Both the position numbers and the translations under genes were made by a program. From Candidatus Sabulitectum sp. (GTDB taxonomy: Bacteria; Fermentibacterota; Fermentibacteria; Fermentibacterales; JCC-6): a DNA stretch of 64,000 bases. Under the pieces are notes generated by a model, which was not told where the DNA came from, ran no database searches, and saw nothing but the letters and a program-made list of their open reading frames with translations. Below, in pieces: positions 59,063 to 64,000 of this stretch (position 1 is the first letter of the stretch; the number at the start of each line of letters is the position of its first letter). The stretch covers positions 4,391 to 68,390 of the forward strand of contig JAGLDY010000007.1 of assembly GCA_023145375.1 (NCBI GenBank), in the 5' to 3' direction.

Positions 59063-59830
59063 CTACCACTCGAATCTCATGCCGAAACAGGTTTCACCTT
59101 CCAGAGATCTTATGGGCTGGGTGTCGTGGAGATGGTGCCTGAAGAAAATAACAATGTCACCCTTATCCGTGTGATGCCTTCCGTAGACTTCTCCGAAATA
59201 CCTGCTACTTGACCCTCCATCAAGATGGAAGTAGATGTCCGAGTGCAGAATGGTTCCGTAAACCATCTCTCTGGCAGATAGAAGAGGGTAATCCACGTTT
59301 CCGTGCAGTGACCAGTCAAAGAGGTGCCCCTTCTGGAATGTCTCGCCTGTGGGACGGTAAAATCCGATGCTCACCTTGTAGTCAGGAACGGGACCTGCAG
59401 GCATGAATACGGCATGGTCTTCCATTCGTATATTGATATGATTTTCCACTCCGAGTTTCATGTTGTTCATGTACTGTCCGCTGGTGTCTGCCATATCTAT
59501 GTTGTGGAAACATTCATGATCGGTAAAAAGAGAAAAGAGCATGCTTCCGTAGTCAACACCGAAGAAGCCCCGTATGTTCCAGTGCCCGCTGTAGACATTG
59601 AAAGCAATGTCTGACTCTTTGCTGCTGGTTCCCATGTAGGTGTCTACAGAGAGTCCCACGCCGAAGGTTACCGGACCGTACTGTATCAGGGTAACTGCAT
59701 TCTCGATCTCTGTAAAAATGAACTGATCCTCGTCCGGCTGAAAGAACATCCTTGGTTCCAGGAAACCACTACTGTTTCCAGGAAAAGATAGATTCCAGCC
59801 GGACGTAAGAGCCAGCAGAAGCAGAACCAT
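59063..59830 (-). CDS. Hypothetical outer-membrane beta-barrel protein
   Basis: Signal peptide MVLLLLALTSGWN. Alternating hydrophobic pattern. C-terminal ...CFGMRFEW ends in aromatic residues, as in OM beta-barrel C-terminal strands. Confidence 0.45.
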   Translation of the reverse strand: MVLLLLALTSGWNLSFPGNSSGFLEPRMFFQPDEDQFIFTEIENAVTLIQYGPVTFGVGLSVDTYMGTSSKESDIAFNVYSGHWNIRGFFGVDYGSMLFSLFTDHECFHNIDMADTSGQYMNNMKLGVENHINIRMEDHAVFMPAGPVPDYKVSIGFYRPTGETFQKGHLFDWSLHGNVDYPLLSAREMVYGTILHSDIYFHLDGGSSSRYFGEVYGRHHTDKGDIVIFFRHHLHDTQPIRSLEGETCFGMRFEW

Positions 59831-60450
59831 CAGTCCTGTTTCTCTGTTTCTGTCTGCATGTGATTCTTCAGCCCATTGATCAGATAGGATTCCGGTTGTG
59901 AGCCTTCCACTGCATACGTTTCATTTATAACAGTCCTTGGAACTCCCTGTACCTGATACTTCATTGACAGTTCAGGAAATTCATTGGCTTCAATGGCTTC
60001 CGCAACCACTCTGTCCGAATAGGCAGCCAGCCGGTGGGCTAGAACTACTGAGGAAGGACAATGGGGGCAGGACGGGGTAACAAAAACCTTGATATGGAGC
60101 TCTCCATCCAGGTTATCCAGAAAAGCCATTGTTTCATCTGAAAGAGTCTTTTCGGTTCTTCCTGAGTCAATAATCCCGGTGAGAAGGCTGCTGAATTCGT
60201 ATCCTGAAGGGATACCTCTGAAGATCAGTCTTCCTGTGTTCCCTATGCTCAGTGAAGGAAGCATTGCGCTTTCTTTCTTTGACTCTACTATGTTCACAGT
60301 AAGCCCTGACGAAAGCTCGCTTAGCTCTGTGAGTATTGTCTCCGTCTCACATTTACCAGGAGCTTTAGTAAGGGTAACCGTGACATCTTCTGTCATAAGG
60401 TCGAAATGACCCCTGATCGCTTCTCTGTCTTCATCTGACAGCAATGGCAT
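59830..60450 (-). CDS. Thioredoxin-fold protein-disulfide oxidoreductase (glutaredoxin-like, CPHC active site)
   Basis: Two thioredoxin-like halves; the second has VFVTPSCPHCP (CxxC). Resembles the AhpF N-terminal domain / Pyrococcus PDO-type proteins. Overlaps the next gene by 1 nt, suggesting an operon with trxB-trxA. Confidence 0.7.
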   Translation of the reverse strand: MPLLSDEDREAIRGHFDLMTEDVTVTLTKAPGKCETETILTELSELSSGLTVNIVESKKESAMLPSLSIGNTGRLIFRGIPSGYEFSSLLTGIIDSGRTEKTLSDETMAFLDNLDGELHIKVFVTPSCPHCPSSVVLAHRLAAYSDRVVAEAIEANEFPELSMKYQVQGVPRTVINETYAVEGSQPESYLINGLKNHMQTETEKQD

Positions 60451-60469
60451 CTTTTACCTCTCTCTATGC

Positions 60470-61438
60470 TTAATTCTCAAGCAGTTCAAATACTGCAGCA
60501 GATGCCCTTGCACCTTCAGAAACTGCAGTAACAACCTGCCTGAATCCATTGTTTGTTACGTCTCCAGCTGCAAATACTCTGGGATTGGAGGTCCCTACAA
60601 TGCCACTTGTTACAACTGCCTTATTCTTATCCAGCTCTACCAGCGAGGCAAATGGTTCCGTGGCAGGTATTGTACCCACATAGAGAAATACACCATCAGT
60701 GTCAATCTGCTTTTTACCGTCTGGTGTGTCCAGGATAACACCTGTAACTCCCTGATCATCTCCTGTGACCTCTATCAGATGAGAGTTCCAGTAAGTTGTC
60801 ACCTTCTCATGCTCTACAAGTTTTTTTGCAAGATACGGCTCAGCGCGAAGTTTATCTCTTCGGTGAACAAGACCCAGCTCTGAAACCACATGCGTAAGAT
60901 GAAGGGCCTCTTTTACGGCGCTGTCTCCGCCTCCAACAACGATTGCTTTCTTGTCCCTGAAGAAAGGGGCGTCGCAGGTAGCGCAGAAACTAACTCCACG
61001 GCCGTAGTACTTCTCTTCTCCAGAAACCCCCAGAGTGGCAGGAGCAGCACCTGTTGCGATGATAAGATAATCAGTTGTGTATTTCGCAGAGTCTGTTCTT
61101 ACCAGTATTTTTCCATTTTCTTCAGTGGTATTTTCCACAGTTTCCGTCTGGAAAACAGCTCCCGCTTCCAGAGCCTGTTTTTTCATGGCATTGGTGAGAT
61201 CGGATCCCACGATAGAGCTGAAACCGGGATAGTTCTCTATCTCTGCCGTAAGGGCGGCCTGTCCTCCAGGTTTCCAGCTTTCAATGACCACATGCCTGAT
61301 CCCGTATCTGGCGGCGTAGATTGCGGCGGAAAGGGCCGCAGGGCCACCGCCGGCAATAACGAGCTCATAAGAGTTCGTGTCGCTTTTCCCGGTTCCACTG
61401 TTTACCAATCCTGGATCTATTCCAACCTTGAAGCTCAT
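60470..61438 (-). CDS. trxB: Thioredoxin-disulfide reductase
   Basis: IAGGGPAALSAAIYAARYG (FAD binding), CATCDAPFF (redox-active CxxC) and GGGDSAVKEAL (NADPH binding). Confidence 0.9.
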   Translation of the reverse strand: MSFKVGIDPGLVNSGTGKSDTNSYELVIAGGGPAALSAAIYAARYGIRHVVIESWKPGGQAALTAEIENYPGFSSIVGSDLTNAMKKQALEAGAVFQTETVENTTEENGKILVRTDSAKYTTDYLIIATGAAPATLGVSGEEKYYGRGVSFCATCDAPFFRDKKAIVVGGGDSAVKEALHLTHVVSELGLVHRRDKLRAEPYLAKKLVEHEKVTTYWNSHLIEVTGDDQGVTGVILDTPDGKKQIDTDGVFLYVGTIPATEPFASLVELDKNKAVVTSGIVGTSNPRVFAAGDVTNNGFRQVVTAVSEGARASAAVFELLEN

Positions 61439-61440
61439 TG

Positions 61441-61767
61441 TTACAGTGTTCCAACTGCAAGGGCTTCAAGGTCTCTTTTCAGTGAGGCCTTGTCCCTGAA
61501 ACCGACCATTCTGTCAATCTCTTTCCCACCGTGGAACACTATCATGGTGGGTACACCTCTGATACCAAACTGATTGGCTGCCGCTGGATCCCTGTCGATA
61601 TCCACGGTAAGGAAGTCAACCTTTTCGCTGAGCTCGTTTGTAAGCTTGTCAAGTACAGGGTGAAGTATCTTGCATGGAGCGCACCAGTCCGCACTGAAGT
61701 CAACCAGTGTAAGCTTGTCAGTTCCCTTTGTTTCGTCGGCAATTGTGTTTCCAGGTATCAGTCTCAT
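61441..61767 (-). CDS. trxA: Thioredoxin
   Basis: WCAPCK active-site motif. 108 aa. Stop overlaps the trxB start region. Confidence 0.9.
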   Translation of the reverse strand: MRLIPGNTIADETKGTDKLTLVDFSADWCAPCKILHPVLDKLTNELSEKVDFLTVDIDRDPAAANQFGIRGVPTMIVFHGGKEIDRMVGFRDKASLKRDLEALAVGTL

Positions 61768-61960
61768 TGTAATTTCCTTTCAAGTAAGTAGATTTTTCCC
61801 AACGCCAACACATTAGCATATTGGATGCCTATTCTATAAGCAAGGCAGACAAGCAGATGAAATACATCAATCTGTGTATGCGTGTCAAAAGACCCGATGT
61901 TACACCCTTTATTACATGGGAGAATGGTTGTGTTATGTGGTGTTACTCACTGGTGTCCCA

Positions 61961-62669
61961 TCATAAGTCGGAGAGTGACAACTGGTTAGGATTTTTATTG
62001 TTGTCGGACTGTAATCCGGCATTGCTAAACAGTTGTGCCAGTTCATCATAACAAAATGGCGTCACACTCAAAACCTGTAGGATATTGTAGAGACTGTACT
62101 CTTCCAGGTCAAGTCTTTTCCGAATAATGGCAACAAGAACATAAACTGATACAGCAATCCATATCTGCGTCTTCACTGAACTCTCAGTGTATCCCCAAAA
62201 CGACTTGATACTGAGATGTTGCTTGACCCATTTGAAAAACAGTTCAATCTGCCAGCGAGCTTTATACAGTTGAGTAATATTCAGAGCAGAGAGCTCAAAG
62301 TTGTTGGTGAGGAATATGATGATTCTTCCTTCTTCAGGGTCTCTGTATCTTATTCTACGCAAAGGTGCTGGATACTTATTGAAACTGGTTACTGATTTTG
62401 CCACAACTACCTGATCTGATAAAATTCCCACTGATGAATCCTTTTAGCATTTGACAAATTGTTAAGAGATACATTTCCCTTTATGCCAATATGATATCCC
62501 TGAGCCCGTTCCGGTATGTGAGCTGACCAAAGGCCATGCAAATAAATTGGTTCCTGCAAGAAAAGTGCTGAACTTTATAATTACCGGAATACCTCAACAC
62601 ACATTGATCAAAAGCATATCCGGGAATGAAATCCATTATTTGCGCGAATACTAATCGACCAGAATGCAT
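61961..62669 (-). mobile_element. IS4-family transposase remnant with the central catalytic region deleted (N-terminal 62-aa fragment 62481-62669; C-terminal 156-aa fragment 61961-62431)
   Basis: N-fragment MHSGRLVFAQIMDFIPGYAFDQCVLRYSGNYKVQHFSCRNQFICMAFGQLTYRNGLRDI matches the DUF4372 N-terminal domain of IS4-family transposases. C-fragment ...FLTNNFELSALNITQLYKARWQIELFFKWVKQHLSIKSFWGYTE...IWIAVSVYVLVAII matches the C-terminal DDE-associated block. Only about 50 nt separates the fragments, where about 500 nt would be expected. Confidence 0.75.
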
Positions 62670-62927
62670 ACATTCTCCATCCCTGGATAAACTCAGAATA
62701 TGAAGAAAGTACGCTGAAATCGTGCTGAAGCATAAATGACTCTAACTTGTTATATTGTAACTTGATTCGGCATCGCAAAGATGCAACGTAGGGACACTAC
62801 CGGGTGTTACTCTTAAAACTTGATGATTTCCGGGAAATGGAGGATGTATGAAGACGAACTTACTGCAGGGCTCCCCATCCAATCAGTTAAAGATTTACAG
62901 AGATGGCCAGGTGAAAGTCCAGCTGTT

Positions 62928-63998
62928 TTAGTAGGCTCCTGAGCCGCTTAAAACAACAGACGGGGTTAGCATCAGAATTGCTAGATCCATCCAGATTGAC
63001 CAGTTGTCCACATAGTATAGATCAAGCTTTACCATTTCATCAAAACCAAGATTACTTCTGCCGGATATCTGCCATACTCCTGTTACCCCTGGTGTGGTGT
63101 GAAGTCTTTTGAAGTCTCTTCTGCTGTATTCCTCCACTTCCTCTGGAAGTGGTGGCCTGGGGCCTACAAGGCTCATGTCTCCTGACAGTACATTGAACAG
63201 TTGAGGTAACTCATCCATAGACCATCTTCTGATAATTCTGCCCACCGGAGTTATCCTGGGATCATTTCTTATCTTGAACAGGGCTCCTTTTGATTCGTTA
63301 AGATCGGACATAGCAGTTTTTTCACCGTGCGCTCCCCTACGCATGGATCGGAATTTAACTATTCTGAATGGGATGTTGCCTCTGCCAAGCCTTGTCTGTC
63401 TGAAGAAGACGGGAAACCCTGAATCAAGCACAATAGCCAGTGAAGTGAGAAGAAAAACGGGGGAGAGGATGAGAATGAAGGTGCAGGCCAGAGTAAGGTC
63501 TATTGTGCGTTTCAGGACTAGTCCTCCCCCGGAAAGGGGAGCAGGTACAGATTCGATAAGAGTTGTTCCACCCATGTGAGAGACCCTTGCAGTAAGGCTT
63601 ACCATGGCAAAAATGTCTGCTGCGATTTTGTAATGGATTCCCAGTTTTTCACAAGTCAGGATCACCGAAGAGAGTTTACCTGTGGGGATCGAATGGTCTG
63701 CAACAACCAGTTCATGAACATTCTGTTCTCTCAGTATTTCGGATATTTCTTCAGGAGGTGTGTTCGAATCTATGTAGTCAACAACAATATATCTGAGCTG
63801 AGCTCTGTTCTCCATGAATCCGCCCAGTTGTCTGGCTTGATCCGAAGTGCCCAGGATCAACACTCTTGAGGGTTTTCCAGTTCTGTTGGTCAATTTTCTG
63901 AACTGTGAATGCCAGAAACTCAGAAGAAGAGCTGAGGCAGGGAATGTGAAGAAAAGAACAAATCTGGAGAAGAGCAGCTGTCTAGTTATGAAAGTCAT
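62928..63998 (-). CDS. Polyprenyl-phosphate sugar phosphotransferase (bacterial sugar transferase, WbaP/WcaJ/EpsL family); the N-terminus may lie at or beyond the window edge
   Basis: C-terminal catalytic domain with LTPSVVLSGSGAY tail, DLYYVDNWSIWMDLAILM, PGVTGVWQISGRSNLGFDEMVKLD, preceded by TM helices. Typical Bac_transf domain. Confidence 0.85.
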   Translation of the reverse strand: MTFITRQLLFSRFVLFFTFPASALLLSFWHSQFRKLTNRTGKPSRVLILGTSDQARQLGGFMENRAQLRYIVVDYIDSNTPPEEISEILREQNVHELVVADHSIPTGKLSSVILTCEKLGIHYKIAADIFAMVSLTARVSHMGGTTLIESVPAPLSGGGLVLKRTIDLTLACTFILILSPVFLLTSLAIVLDSGFPVFFRQTRLGRGNIPFRIVKFRSMRRGAHGEKTAMSDLNESKGALFKIRNDPRITPVGRIIRRWSMDELPQLFNVLSGDMSLVGPRPPLPEEVEEYSRRDFKRLHTTPGVTGVWQISGRSNLGFDEMVKLDLYYVDNWSIWMDLAILMLTPSVVLSGSGAY

Positions 63999-64000
63999 TG

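Overview
This 64 kb window looks like bacterial chromosome, about 50% GC and densely coding. Several proteins carry type IX secretion (T9SS) C-terminal sorting domains (two C25 gingipain-like peptidases and an FG-GAP repeat protein). That suggests a member of the Fibrobacteres-Chlorobi-Bacteroidetes superphylum or a related candidate phylum.

Most of the window is housekeeping:
- glnS, trmFO, clpB, leuS, ppiB, comM/yifB
- a trxA-trxB operon followed by a thioredoxin-fold CPHC protein
- a korDAB-type 2-oxoacid:ferredoxin oxidoreductase with fused beta/gamma subunits
- the tldD/tldE pair
- an MMPL/RND transporter
- a divergent EF-G paralog
- a sarcosine-oxidase-like alpha/beta flavoprotein pair

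Five accessory or unusual loci stand out:
1. A giant GGDEF-STAND NTPase-TPR fusion protein (649-3837).
2. A glycosylation island (15.6-24.2 kb) combining a B12-binding radical SAM enzyme, three GT2 enzymes, a GT-C (ArnT/PMT-like) membrane transferase, a polyprenyl-phosphate GT2 and a triple zinc-ribbon membrane protein.
3. A translationally coupled pair of radical SAM enzymes (B12-binding class B plus a SPASM/twitch-type) at 27.2-29.8 kb. It lies divergent from two tandem paralogous FadL/PorV-like outer-membrane proteins and a 945-aa multi-PAS protein with no output domain. I consider this the best candidate for an undescribed maturation/modification system.
4. A heavily frameshifted GT2 pseudogene (about 52.15-52.96 kb).
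5. An internally deleted IS4-family transposase remnant (61.96-62.67 kb).

An FG-GAP/T9SS cargo gene is interrupted by a single in-frame TGA (4512-4514), which is followed 13 nt later by a perfect 9-bp hairpin. Many genes start with TTG or GTG preceded by strong GGAGG-type Shine-Dalgarno sites, so several ORF-track N-termini were re-called. No rRNA, tRNA or CRISPR array was recognised.
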